DNA of 64,000 bases, from contig DATDUD010000048.1 in the NCBI GenBank assembly GCA_036517735.1, forward strand, positions 3,559 to 67,558, read 5' to 3'. The notes beneath the pieces are model-generated. The model did no database searches. It was not told the origin of the DNA and saw nothing but the letters and a program-made list of their open reading frames with translations. Position numbers and translations under genes: made by a program. Below are positions 19,479-28,718 of this stretch, piece after piece. The number at the start of each line of letters is the position of its first letter. Within the stretch, counting starts at the first letter, position 1. This DNA is from Minisyncoccota bacterium (GTDB lineage Bacteria > Patescibacteriota > Minisyncoccia > Phycocordibacterales > Phycocordibacteraceae).

Positions 19479-20611
19479 GTACACCAATGAAGCCGGATGA
19501 GATCCTACGCCGCGCATCGAGCATTGGTTCCTACTATGGCTTCACTCCCCTCTCAACACTTGCCGCTACGCATAAGATATCGAAACGCATTCCGTATCCA
19601 GACTCAATAAATCTAGACGCGCTTGACTCGGTTGCACGCGAGGTTGCCGGCTTTCTAAAGCACGTTCGCGATATTGGACTCATTCCTTCTCCCGCCCAGC
19701 CTCTTTTCATCTGGCACACGAACGCAACTCCAGGACGTCCGGCTCCAAAGAACCTGATCGTTCAGTTCCATGCACTTGGCGCTGAACATGCGATTGCAGA
19801 CGCCGTACTCATGCGCGCTGTGCGGGCATTCCTGCATGACGTGGTGAAGGGCGAGCACGCGCTTCGCATCAACTCTATGGGAGACAAGGAGACCAGAAGT
19901 CGATTCGCACGCGAACTAACCACCTTCTTCAGGAAGCACGGTGCCACTCTCCCTGAAGACTGCGTTAACTGCGCAAAACGAGATGTCTTCGAGGCTGCCG
20001 AGCTTTTGGCAACAATGGACGCCAACAGTCTTCCTTCTTCGACCGATCATCTCTCTGAGGCGAGCAGAAAGCACTTTGAGGCAGTGCTTGAGTATCTGGA
20101 GTCGACCGATACGCCGTATGAACTTGCAAGTGATCTTCTTTCACGAGGTGCCAGCTGGACTGAGACCTGTTTTGAAATGTCCGCAGGCGATAACGCGCAT
20201 GCATGGGGTTCAAGGTATCAGGAGTTCTCAAAGGCCTTCTGGAAGAGTCATGTGCCGTCCATAGGGGCGGTCATCCGCATCACGACTGAGAACCGGGAGA
20301 CCGTTCCTTCGATGAAAGCTCCAGGACCTCCTCGCTTCGTATTCGTGCATATTGGAGACGAGGCGAAGCGCGAGAGTATGAAAGTGGCAGACAGCCTCAG
20401 AAAGGCCCGTATTCCACTCTCGCAGTCCATCGGCATCCAGTCGCTTTCCGAGCAGATGCGGTACGTTGACACCATCAATCCTCCCTATCTCCTAATCATG
20501 GGCCGCAAGGAGGCTTTGGAGCGCTCGGTCATTCTCCGCAATCGTGCTACATACACGGAAACTTTCATACCGCTCGATTCGTTGGTTGATAGGTTGAGGG
20601 AAGTCGTTTAA
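19475..20611 (+). CDS. Histidyl-tRNA synthetase-like protein (class II aaRS core plus HGTP anticodon-binding domain; short, possibly a HisZ-like paralog)
   Basis: LIVQFHALGAEHAIADAVLM resembles the HisRS motif-2 region; the C-terminal FVFVHIGDEAK...LLIMGRKEALERSVILRN is a class IIa anticodon-binding fold; only 378 aa. Confidence 0.45.
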   Translation: MSTPMKPDEILRRASSIGSYYGFTPLSTLAATHKISKRIPYPDSINLDALDSVAREVAGFLKHVRDIGLIPSPAQPLFIWHTNATPGRPAPKNLIVQFHALGAEHAIADAVLMRAVRAFLHDVVKGEHALRINSMGDKETRSRFARELTTFFRKHGATLPEDCVNCAKRDVFEAAELLATMDANSLPSSTDHLSEASRKHFEAVLEYLESTDTPYELASDLLSRGASWTETCFEMSAGDNAHAWGSRYQEFSKAFWKSHVPSIGAVIRITTENRETVPSMKAPGPPRFVFVHIGDEAKRESMKVADSLRKARIPLSQSIGIQSLSEQMRYVDTINPPYLLIMGRKEALERSVILRNRATYTETFIPLDSLVDRLREVV

Positions 20612-20658
20612 TTTTCAGGACTTCTCCATATCTTTGTTAAGACTCCTTAATCGGAGTT

Positions 20659-21099
20659 TTGCTACGTTCAGCAATACATATGAACGCAGATACTGAGTGG
20701 AGTGCAATTAGAGCGAGCCTAAACCAACGTGCTAATTTTCCCAGACCAAAACGCGGACAAATCTGGTGGTGCGCACTGGGTCCAGAAGTGGGATCTGAAC
20801 AAAGTAATCGCGTAGGATTTGAAAGACCTGTGCTCGTTATTAAGGTATTCGGAACTGTATTCTGGGGATTGCCGATCACGCGATCGGATCCCTGGAAATC
20901 CAAGAAGAGAAGCGCCTTGTTCTACATGCTTGAGGACATGACCTACGAAAATCAGTCAGGGGAGACGAAGGTATTGACCGGCTATGTAGCTCTTAGCCAG
21001 CTGCGCACGTTCGATGCACGGCGCCTTAGTCGAAAGATCCTTAAACTAGATGCAAAAACGGGCGATGCCATTGTTCGTAAGCTTAAGGGATTTATGTAG
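20659..21099 (+). CDS. MazF/PemK (EndoA-like) family endoribonuclease toxin, paralog 1
   Basis: RGQIWWCALGPEVGSEQSNRVGFERPVLVIK and QLRTFDARRLSRKILKLDAKTGDAIVRKL align to B. subtilis EndoA ([27 protein letters not shown] ... QIRTIDKQRLTDKITHLDDEMMDKVDEAL). No antitoxin ORF is evident upstream. Confidence 0.7.
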   Translation: MLRSAIHMNADTEWSAIRASLNQRANFPRPKRGQIWWCALGPEVGSEQSNRVGFERPVLVIKVFGTVFWGLPITRSDPWKSKKRSALFYMLEDMTYENQSGETKVLTGYVALSQLRTFDARRLSRKILKLDAKTGDAIVRKLKGFM

Positions 21100-21117
21100 A
21101 GAAGCCCGCTTTCGCGG

Positions 21118-21196
21118 ACTTCTCGGGGCCTCGTGAGAGGTATTGTGGAACGGAAATCCTTCTCAGAATTTCCTCGGGACCTCGTGAGAGGTATGC
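21118..21196. repeat. Two direct copies of a ~26-nt GC hairpin repeat (CTCGGGRCCTCGTGAGAGGTAT) downstream of mazF-like paralog 1
   Basis: Copies at 21118-21144 and 21170-21196; each contains a CCTC-GTGA-GAGG GNRA-tetraloop hairpin. Confidence 0.6.
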
Positions 21197-21284
21197 CGGT
21201 ATTATACACTCCCAAACAACGAGTGCCAACCCGTTTCTTCGTTATCTGGACAAGGAGAACTGGTTTTGGTAGCATTCGCCCATT

Positions 21285-21545
21285 ATGCAGAACGCAATAC
21301 GTGTAGAGGTTCGTCGAAACAAGAATGAGAGCGCTGCTTCACTCATCCGCCGTTTCTCCCGCCGCGCGCAGGGACTTAACCTCGTGCGAGGTATGCGCGC
21401 CCGCCGATACTTCTCCCGCACCAAGTCCAAGAACGTCGGCCATGCACGCGCCCTTGTGCGCTCTGAACGCATCAACGAGTACAACCAGCTCGTGAAGCTC
21501 GGAAAGATCGATCCCGCCGCAAAGAAGACCCGCGGGAGGAAGTAG
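21285..21545 (+). CDS. rpsU: 30S ribosomal protein S21
   Basis: 86 aa, very basic; IRVEVRRNKNESAASLIRRFSRRAQ..RRYFS resembles the S21 N-terminus; located upstream of ybeY. Confidence 0.55.
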   Translation: MQNAIRVEVRRNKNESAASLIRRFSRRAQGLNLVRGMRARRYFSRTKSKNVGHARALVRSERINEYNQLVKLGKIDPAAKKTRGRK

Positions 21546-21548
21546 CCG

Positions 21549-21998
21549 ATGGCAACAGTTGATATACGTAATTTCACCAGGGGCCAGAAGCCCCGTTTGC
21601 CGTTTGGGAAGATAGCTGACTCTGTACTCCCTTCTTGGGATATATCACTTGTCATTGCCGGAGAAGATCGTGCACGGAACCTAAACCATGCTCTCCGCAA
21701 TAAGGAATACGTACCGAACGTACTTTCATACAAGGTCGGCAAAGCGAGCGGCGAGATCATTCTTTGTCCTTCCATTGCGCGTAAAGAAGCTTCTCAATAC
21801 GGACACACATACACCGAACACCTCCTCTTTCTCTTTATCCACGGACTCCTTCATTTGAAGGGCCTTCGACATGGGGATACAATGGAAAAGCAAGAGCGGA
21901 AGTATCTCCGCAATGCTTTACCTTTAAAATCAAATGGCACGACGCATAGCAACAGGGATAGATATCGGAACGCACCAAACGAAGGTCGTCGTCGTTGA
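21549..21998 (+). CDS. ybeY: rRNA maturation endoribonuclease YbeY
   Basis: HGLLHLKGLRHGD (H-x3-H-x5-H zinc motif); 149 aa; the 3' end overlaps the ftsA start by 65 nt. Confidence 0.75.
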   Translation: MATVDIRNFTRGQKPRLPFGKIADSVLPSWDISLVIAGEDRARNLNHALRNKEYVPNVLSYKVGKASGEIILCPSIARKEASQYGHTYTEHLLFLFIHGLLHLKGLRHGDTMEKQERKYLRNALPLKSNGTTHSNRDRYRNAPNEGRRR

Positions 21999-23100
21999 GG
22001 AATTCGATACTCCTGAAGGTCCCTCAATCCGCATCATTGGGACCGGACTTTCTGATACCCAGGGGATACGCCACGGGTACGTCGTCGACATTGCTGATGC
22101 TACTCAAAGCATCCTGGCCGCAAAACGTCAGGCCGAGATCGCTGCCCGTGTTCCCATACGCGCTGGCTTCCTTGCCATTGGGGGGGTGTCCTTGGACGAG
22201 ACTCGAGGCAGTGGCGAAACCGTCATCTCACGCGCCGATTCGGAAATAACGGAGCTTGATATCGACAAGGTACGGGATGCTGCAAGAAGGGCCGCCGAGC
22301 CAAACTTCCTCAACCGGAAGGTACTCCACGAGATACCGATAGAGTTCAGGATAGACGGGGCGAAGGTCATAGGGAATCCATTGGGCATGAAGGGCACAAG
22401 GCTTGAAGGCGAGTTTCTCTTCATCACCTGCCTTGCCCAGCATGCCGACATGCTCACAAGCGCCGTTGAGGCCGCCGACATTGAGGTCATTGACCGCATG
22501 GCTTCTCCCCTTGCCGGCTCGTACGTCACCCTCACCAAGGACCAGAAGATAAAGGGGTGCGTGCTCGCCAATATAGGAGCTGAGACAGTCTCAATAGTGG
22601 TGTATGATGAGGGCCTGCCTATCTCCGTGAAGGTCTTTCCTGTCGGCTCGACCAACATAACGGACGATCTTGCGCTTGGATTCCGCATCTCACTTGAGGA
22701 CGCAGAACGTATCAAGCTCGGGCGGCTCTCAGGGGCGATGTATTCGCGCAAGAAAGTTGAGGACATCATCACCACCCGCTTTCGAACCATGTTTGATCTC
22801 ATCGAAAAGCATCTGCGTTCCATCGACCGCCACCGCGCGCTTCCAGCCGGTATCGTGCTCACGGGCGGGGGCGCAGGAACAGGCAACGTGAGCGACATAG
22901 CGAAGGGTGCGCTCAGCCTTCCGTCGCGCATCGCGGACGTGCGCATCTCGTCTGACGCTAAAGTGAAGGATGCGACCTGGGCAGTGGCGTACGGACTTGC
23001 CCTTTGGGGCATGACCGGCGATGTGGAGGCTCCACGGAAGGAGAACTTTAGGGAGGTCGGCAAGCTGGTCCAGAACTTCTTCCGGCAGTTCATGCCTTGA
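21934..23100 (+). CDS. ftsA: Cell division protein FtsA
   Basis: MARRIATGIDIGTHQTKVVV actin-like phosphate-1 motif; 388 aa; upstream of ftsZ. Confidence 0.85.
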   Translation: MARRIATGIDIGTHQTKVVVVEEFDTPEGPSIRIIGTGLSDTQGIRHGYVVDIADATQSILAAKRQAEIAARVPIRAGFLAIGGVSLDETRGSGETVISRADSEITELDIDKVRDAARRAAEPNFLNRKVLHEIPIEFRIDGAKVIGNPLGMKGTRLEGEFLFITCLAQHADMLTSAVEAADIEVIDRMASPLAGSYVTLTKDQKIKGCVLANIGAETVSIVVYDEGLPISVKVFPVGSTNITDDLALGFRISLEDAERIKLGRLSGAMYSRKKVEDIITTRFRTMFDLIEKHLRSIDRHRALPAGIVLTGGGAGTGNVSDIAKGALSLPSRIADVRISSDAKVKDATWAVAYGLALWGMTGDVEAPRKENFREVGKLVQNFFRQFMP

Positions 23101-23196
23101 GAGGGACACGGCTTCGCCTCACGTCAAGATTTGCAATACTGATGCGTAGGGGCATAATTCGATTCATACCTTTTTAGCTATTATTTCTGATCCACT

Positions 23197-24435
23197 ATGT
23201 CCAAGCGAGTAACGCCTGAAGTAGAGACCTTTGCCCGAATCCGGGTGGTTGGGTGCGGCGGTTCAGGCAGCAATGCCGTGAACCACATGATCGAGTCCAA
23301 AGTGAAGGGCGTCGAGTTCATTGCGGTGAACTCAGACGCGCAGGACCTGCATCGTTCGCTTGCGAAGAAGCGGGTTCACATCGGTAAGAACCTCACGCGA
23401 GGACTCGGGACCGGCATGAACCCCGACCTCGGCAAGCGCGCTGCCGAAGAGACTCGTCAGGAGATCCAAGAAGCACTTCAGGGCTCGGACATGGTCTTCA
23501 TCACCTGCGGTATGGGCGGTGGCACAGGTACTGGCGCTGCTCCAGTGGTAGCTAAGATTGCCAAGGAGATCGGCGCGCTTACCATTGCGGTAGTCACCCG
23601 CCCCTTCTCCTTCGAAGGCGCACAGCGCTCTGATATTGCCGAGCAGGGGCTTGCTCAACTCAAACAGGAGGTTGACGCATACATCATCATCCCGAACGAC
23701 AAGCTTCTCTCCATAGTTGAAGGCAAGACCTCGGCCAAGGCGGCGTTCGCTCTTGCTGATGAGGTGCTCCGCCAGGCTGTCGAGGGTGTTTCTGACATCA
23801 TCACTACACCGGGTGAAATCAACACTGACTTCAACGATATCAAGGCCATCATGGAGGGTGCAGGTCCTTCACTTATGGGCATTGGGGTAGCTGACGGAGA
23901 TAATCGCGCAAAGGACGCTGCAACGCTGGCGGTCAATTCCCCACTTCTCGACGTCTCCATTTCTGGAGCAAAGGGCATTCTCTTTGTGGTTGCAGGACAT
24001 GAGGACCTCGGTATCCACGAGGTGCAGGAGGCCGCTGCGGTCATCAATGAATCGGTCGACAAGAACGCGAAGGTCATCTTCGGTATCATGCACGACACCA
24101 AGCTGAAGAAAGGACAGATCCGCATCATCGTCATTGCAACCGGCTTCCCTGACGCAGGCGGTGAGAGCCCTGCTGGAGGTTTCGGACAGTCTCTCTTCTC
24201 TATGCCTGCTCGTGAACAGTCAGAAGCCAAGAGCTCCATACTTGGAAGCTTCAAGCGCGACGAGGACTCTGCCGTCGTGACCGAGGAGGTCGAAGAGAAG
24301 CCCAAGCCCAAGCGGGAGGAGCCGGTCGTAACTGCGACACCGCGAAAGAATGCGACCGTACAGACACCGATTGTCGATGAGGACGACGAGGCCTGGGGTG
24401 CTATCCCAAGCTTCCTGAGGAGGCACAAGAAATAG
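23197..24435 (+). CDS. ftsZ: Cell division GTPase FtsZ
   Basis: [17 protein letters not shown], tubulin signature [19 protein letters not shown]; 412 aa. Confidence 0.95.
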   Translation: MSKRVTPEVETFARIRVVGCGGSGSNAVNHMIESKVKGVEFIAVNSDAQDLHRSLAKKRVHIGKNLTRGLGTGMNPDLGKRAAEETRQEIQEALQGSDMVFITCGMGGGTGTGAAPVVAKIAKEIGALTIAVVTRPFSFEGAQRSDIAEQGLAQLKQEVDAYIIIPNDKLLSIVEGKTSAKAAFALADEVLRQAVEGVSDIITTPGEINTDFNDIKAIMEGAGPSLMGIGVADGDNRAKDAATLAVNSPLLDVSISGAKGILFVVAGHEDLGIHEVQEAAAVINESVDKNAKVIFGIMHDTKLKKGQIRIIVIATGFPDAGGESPAGGFGQSLFSMPAREQSEAKSSILGSFKRDEDSAVVTEEVEEKPKPKREEPVVTATPRKNATVQTPIVDEDDEAWGAIPSFLRRHKK

Positions 24436-24490
24436 TTTAAAACGAAGAAATCCCCCGGCGCATCGGGGGATTTCTGTTATACTCTCATAA

Positions 24491-25423
24491 TTGTGTATGA
24501 CGTACGATCTCCTAATTATCGGCGGCGGGCCTGCGGGCGTTGCTGCAGGCGTGTACGCAGCAAGAAAGCAATTGAAGACAGTGCTTGTAGCCGAAGAGAT
24601 CGGGGGTCAGAGCATGGTCTCCGAAGGCATAGAGAACTGGATAGGCATACCACTCATTCCTGGAGCGGCCCTCTCAAAATCTTTCAAGGCGCATTTGGAC
24701 GCAGTGAAAGGTGAATTCGTAGAAGTTGTTGAGGGAGAGAGGATTGAGAAACTCGCAAAGAACGGCACTATCTTCACGGCAACGACTAAAAGCGGAAAGA
24801 CCTTTGAAAGCCGAGCCGTACTTATCGCCTCGGGAGCAGCAAGGAAGAAGTTGGAAATTCCTGGAGCTGACACGTTTGAGCATAAAGGTGTTACGTACTG
24901 TGCTTCCTGCGACGGCCCTCTTTTTAGCGGCCAGGACCTTGCAGTCGTAGGGGGTGGAAATGCCGGCTTTGAAACCGCGCTCCAGCTTCTTGCGTATTGC
25001 GGCAAAGTTACCCTGATTCATCGTAGGGAAGACTTCAAGGCTGACGCGGTAACCGTCGAGAAAGCGCGGCAGCACCCCAACATGCATATACTTACGAAGA
25101 CCGAGCCCGTGCGCGTCGAAGGTGAGAAGTTCGTCACGGGCCTCACGGTCAGGAATATTGATACTTCTGAGGAAACTACTCTTCCTGTTACCGGAGTTTT
25201 TGTGGAGATCGGAGTCATGCCGAATACGGAATTCGCACGCGGGCTCGTGGAGGTAAACGCTGTTGGACATATCGTAACGAACCCTCGTGATCAGAAGACG
25301 AACGTTGCAGGAATCTGGGCCGCAGGAGACGCAACCGACGAGCTTTACCATCAGAACAACATCGCTGCAGGAGATGCAGTGAAGGCGCTCGAGGACATCT
25401 ATCTCTGGCTTAAAACGCAATAA
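24491..25423 (+). CDS. trxB: Thioredoxin-disulfide reductase
   Basis: DLLIIGGGPAG FAD motif, redox CASCDG, second Rossmann motif VVGGGNAG; 310 aa. Confidence 0.85.
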   Translation: MCMTYDLLIIGGGPAGVAAGVYAARKQLKTVLVAEEIGGQSMVSEGIENWIGIPLIPGAALSKSFKAHLDAVKGEFVEVVEGERIEKLAKNGTIFTATTKSGKTFESRAVLIASGAARKKLEIPGADTFEHKGVTYCASCDGPLFSGQDLAVVGGGNAGFETALQLLAYCGKVTLIHRREDFKADAVTVEKARQHPNMHILTKTEPVRVEGEKFVTGLTVRNIDTSEETTLPVTGVFVEIGVMPNTEFARGLVEVNAVGHIVTNPRDQKTNVAGIWAAGDATDELYHQNNIAAGDAVKALEDIYLWLKTQ

Positions 25424-25424
25424 G

Positions 25425-25453
25425 AAAAGGCCCCGCTTGCGCGGGGCCTTTTC
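25425..25453. terminator. Bidirectional terminator
   Basis: AAAAGGCCCCGC-TTGC-GCGGGGCCTTTT. Confidence 0.6.
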
Positions 25454-25475
25454 TATTATGGAGTTGTGGGTGAAG

Positions 25476-25613
25476 CTATGCAGCTACATCCTCACCACCA
25501 CCTGCCGGCGCTGCTGGAGCCTCATCGGGAGACTCATCAGCTGGAGCAGCCCCTTCCGGAGCTACAGTAGCTTCCTCACCTTCCTGAAGCGCGTCCTTGT
25601 TCTGATCATCCAT
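25476..25613 (-). CDS. Possible small acidic protein (45 aa), not in the ORF track
   Basis: MDDQNKDALQEGEEATVAPEGAAPADESPDEAPAAPAGGGEDVAA; its stop is immediately followed by the terminator hairpin. Confidence 0.25.
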   Translation of the reverse strand: MDDQNKDALQEGEEATVAPEGAAPADESPDEAPAAPAGGGEDVAA

Positions 25614-25730
25614 AGTATGTGTTGCGGCCCCTTTTCCTTAGCCCAGAAAAAGAAAGGCCATCCATGAATTGGCTGGCAATGATTCGACCTGTGCGCCCAG
25701 TATACATGAGCTGCCTGTAAATACCATGAA

Positions 25731-26927
25731 TTAGTGGTACGCCCGATCCATCATGTCCCAGATGTCGCCTGCAACGTTCCGCGGTTCCCCTTTAAACGGA
25801 AGGTGGTGATTATCAAAGAACGGCATAGAATTACACTCGAGGATGCCGCAGCGGTCCTGTTCGTGCCATGGACGCGATAGGTCTCCGATGATGAAATCGA
25901 TGCCGACGATTGGGGCCTTGAGGAATTTCGCCACTTCCTCGAACATCTGCACATTCTCGGGATGTACTCCTTCAGTTGCGTCCACAGTCGTTCCCCCAAG
26001 GGACCAGTTCACCTTTTGATGAAACATAACTCGTACGCCTTTCTCAGGAACACTTTCGGGTGTGTATTCCTGCCAAGCAAGTTCTTTGAGCGCATCTTCG
26101 TTCAGTTTGATCTGAGAGAAATAGGGTCCGCTCCTGTCTGGATGCTTGTTCTCTTCTTCTACGAGTTCCCGAATCGTGCTCAATCCGTCCCCCACTACCG
26201 AAGGAGGGTCTCTTCTTAGAGCGGCACTATACACACCGTCAACAACCGTGATGCGATATACCGGTCCCTTGAGCTCCTCCTCGATGAGAGCAAGCGGCGC
26301 AACCTCCTTCGCAATGTGGAAAGCTCGTATTAGTTCTTCCTTGTTGTCGATATGAAGAACGGTATGACGGGAAGCAGAACCTGAGTGCGGCTTTATGATC
26401 ACCGGAGGAACAAGTTTCTTATATATGCGCTTGGCTCCTCTTTCAGTGAATGCCCCCGCTCCATCTGCAGTTGGAAAGCCGGCCTTCCTAAGCTTCTTCT
26501 TGAGTTCCGTCTTATTATCCATCCACCACACCCGGTCAATCCCTGAAGGAGGTTGAGGGATTCCTTCAAATGCAAGCTGTCTGCCACTTTTAAGGCGGGC
26601 ATAGAAGAGGTTCCGGGGAAGGTTGAAGAGGCGGAATTCCCAGATATCGATGCCCCGTGCATCTGCTTCCTCCCAGAGGACCTTGGCCAAGAGAAGCGTT
26701 TCGTTATCTGGACGTTCTTGTTTTCTTGCAAGACCAATGCGTACAAGAAAACGGAGGATCCAGGGTGTGACTCGACTTTCAACTGTTTGGAAGGCCTTCG
26801 CGAGGACACTCATGAGAGGGCCCGGAGAGAAGAGGGGCCTGAGGGTGTCGTCGAGGGCAACCGTGATATATGTCACCCGGTGCGGAATGGCGTCGCCTCC
26901 GCAGTGGATACAGGTGACGGCGCTCAT
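25731..26927 (-). CDS. ATP-grasp domain protein, cyanophycin-synthetase N-terminal-domain-like (RimK/CphA family ligase)
   Basis: IIKPHSGSASRHTVLHIDNKEEL, VVDGVYSAALRRDPPSVVGDGLSTIRELVEEENKHPDR and ILECNSMPF match the CphA-like ATP-grasp core; 398 aa. Confidence 0.6.
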   Translation of the reverse strand: MSAVTCIHCGGDAIPHRVTYITVALDDTLRPLFSPGPLMSVLAKAFQTVESRVTPWILRFLVRIGLARKQERPDNETLLLAKVLWEEADARGIDIWEFRLFNLPRNLFYARLKSGRQLAFEGIPQPPSGIDRVWWMDNKTELKKKLRKAGFPTADGAGAFTERGAKRIYKKLVPPVIIKPHSGSASRHTVLHIDNKEELIRAFHIAKEVAPLALIEEELKGPVYRITVVDGVYSAALRRDPPSVVGDGLSTIRELVEEENKHPDRSGPYFSQIKLNEDALKELAWQEYTPESVPEKGVRVMFHQKVNWSLGGTTVDATEGVHPENVQMFEEVAKFLKAPIVGIDFIIGDLSRPWHEQDRCGILECNSMPFFDNHHLPFKGEPRNVAGDIWDMMDRAYH

Positions 26928-26990
26928 GGTACGGACATAATACCGTGAAGGATTAGATGATGCAGCTGCTTGCTTAAAATCCCAGCTTAG

Positions 26991-27078
26991 CGGAGGAGGT
27001 GGGATTCGAACCCACGTGGGAGTTTCCCCCCGACCGCATTTCGAGTGCGGCGCGTTATGACCACTTCGCTACTCCTCC
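26991..27078 (-). tRNA. tRNA-Ser(CGA)
   Basis: Reverse strand reads GGAGGAG...anticodon stem CCGCA/TGCGG with loop CTCGAAA, long variable arm, T-loop TTCGAAT, acceptor CTCCTCC plus G. Confidence 0.85.
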
Positions 27079-27088
27079 GTGCGGGGCA

Positions 27089-28057
27089 CTATACCTCGAT
27101 TTTCTTTAGATGTTTAGGGTTACTAAACCCAATTTCTCTGGAGTATCTTTCGACGTCTTTCTTTCGTCGCAATCTCACGTCACGGCCAGAACGAGTTGGT
27201 GTATAGCCGTCTTCTTTGAGCTGGTTCTCGACAAAGTCCAATAGAGGGGCCGATGCGCTGGTAAAGGCAATGCAGCACGACTTATATTTCTTTCCTTTAA
27301 TTGTGTGTATATCAAAATAAACACAGCCATCAGTATCTACAAGGCCTCGAATACATGCGCGAGCATATTCTGGCCTTTGCTGTACCCAGGCCGGAACAAT
27401 TGCCTGGTTTCTAGTTTTATTGCCTATACTTAAACCTTCTAATTGAAGAAACGACACAAGATTTTTTCGTGAACAGATTATTCGAGTAACGTTTTTTGAT
27501 GGGTTGTGAGTTACACTGGGCTTAAAGTCAAAAATCTCAAATATTAGTCGGCGTACATATTCTATATATTCCTTTTCGGCAATATGCAGGTAAATAATAA
27601 ATTGATATTTGGTAAGTCCTCCATCGCCGAGGGCAATTCCTATTAATTCCGCAAACTGAACACCTCTTTCTGGAAAGAGAATATTCTGGGCAACAAAAGG
27701 TGAACCCTCTATACTCCTGTGCGTTCCTATAGATCTCAGGCCGCCTTTGCGTCGCCCAACTGCCGTCCCGAAGTTTCCATAGAGTTGTATGCGAGCGTGT
27801 CCGCCAAGCATTCCTGCGGCTCTGCGCTTTTCACTTAAATCAAAGGATTCGTGCACAGGAAGTGGGATGTTGAATTCTTCAGACCATGCTTGAGCTATGG
27901 AAGCGGGCATACTGGTGTCGCCCGCACGCCAACTCCGTATCGTCCGGCTAGTCACTTCAGACAACTCTGCGAGCTGTTCTAACGAGTATCCGGAAGCGCT
28001 GCATATATCATTAAAGAATTTGTTAGGGTCCTTAAATGCAATTCTTGTCTCCATCAA
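27089..28057 (-). CDS. Free-standing LAGLIDADG-family homing endonuclease-like protein (two motifs) with an N-terminal helix-turn-helix
   Basis: Motif 1 AELIGIALGDGGLTKY, motif 2 RGLVDTDGCVYFD; N-terminal SLEQLAELSEVTSRTIRSWRAG HTH; local GC ~42% versus ~54% elsewhere. Confidence 0.65.
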   Translation of the reverse strand: MMETRIAFKDPNKFFNDICSASGYSLEQLAELSEVTSRTIRSWRAGDTSMPASIAQAWSEEFNIPLPVHESFDLSEKRRAAGMLGGHARIQLYGNFGTAVGRRKGGLRSIGTHRSIEGSPFVAQNILFPERGVQFAELIGIALGDGGLTKYQFIIYLHIAEKEYIEYVRRLIFEIFDFKPSVTHNPSKNVTRIICSRKNLVSFLQLEGLSIGNKTRNQAIVPAWVQQRPEYARACIRGLVDTDGCVYFDIHTIKGKKYKSCCIAFTSASAPLLDFVENQLKEDGYTPTRSGRDVRLRRKKDVERYSREIGFSNPKHLKKIEV

Positions 28058-28133
28058 ATTAGTATATCAACAAGTCAGACAAATCTCCACTTTTTGCTAA
28101 ACGCCCTCAGGAAATGTAGGATGTGCAGGCAAA

Positions 28134-28205
28134 GGCCCCATCGTCTAACGGTTAGGACGTATCCCTTTCACGGATAAAATCGGGGTTCGATTCCCCGTGG
28201 GGTCA
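28134..28205 (+). tRNA. tRNA-Glu(TTC)
   Basis: GGCCCCATCGTCTAACGGTTAGGAC, anticodon stem TATCC/GGATA with loop CTTTCAC, T-arm CGGGG-TTCGATT-CCCCG. Confidence 0.9.
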
Positions 28206-28280
28206 TGATTTGACAAATATATGTTTCATTATACTATGAGTAATGGGTAATTACGCCCTTTTATTGAAGGAGGTTCTGCT

Positions 28281-28718
28281 GTGCAGGCCAACAAAAATTC
28301 TCCGAGACTGAGTCTTGCGACAAAACTCACTTTCTCGTTCCACACGCTGGTGACCAGCAAAGAAATCCTGGAAGTGGAGCTGATGAATATGGTTAACGAG
28401 GCTCTCTCGCAAAGGCCTTGGAAGACCGTAGGCGGCGCGCCCCTTTCGACCTACAGCCTGAGTTACGAAGGTGTCATTCCCTTGGCTCCAAACGCAAGAC
28501 GGGGCACGACCGAACAAGCCATCGTGCTCAGTCTGGGACGGCAACACAAGGCCAGGAACATCTATGCACTGCAAAAATATGCCGCAGTGCTCGGTGAGTT
28601 CTTGGCAAACTTGGAAATGCCAGGCTCCGAGGAGTTGTACGCTGTCCACGTCACATTGCATGTGGTCTGCTGGACGATGCATTTTACTCCGTTCAGTGAG
28701 AATCATTCGAGGACTTAA
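28281..28718 (+). CDS. Hypothetical protein
   Basis: 145 aa ORF with protein-like composition; the antisense ORF 28251..28706 looks less plausible; followed by hairpins. Confidence 0.3.
   Translation: MQANKNSPRLSLATKLTFSFHTLVTSKEILEVELMNMVNEALSQRPWKTVGGAPLSTYSLSYEGVIPLAPNARRGTTEQAIVLSLGRQHKARNIYALQKYAAVLGEFLANLEMPGSEELYAVHVTLHVVCWTMHFTPFSENHSRT

Noticed and set aside
21118-21196. Possible CRISPR array, given the short GC-rich direct repeats (also at 42195-42262).
   Set aside because: Only two repeat copies at each locus, no cas genes, and the spacer is not unique-sequence-like. Treated as small hairpin repeats instead.
21242-21775. 177-aa minus-strand ORF.
   Set aside because: Antisense to the well-supported rpsU and ybeY genes; Arg/Ser-rich nonsense composition.
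23655-24428. 257-aa minus-strand ORF, and other long antisense ORFs inside ftsZ, ftsA, gyrA and valS.
   Set aside because: They lie antisense to high-confidence conserved genes; composition is biased (Ser/Arg/Ala-rich), as is typical of GC-rich antisense frames.
28251-28706. 151-aa minus-strand ORF overlapping the 28281..28718 plus ORF.
   Set aside because: Cys/His/Trp/Gln-rich composition; the plus-strand ORF is more protein-like. Neither has homology support.
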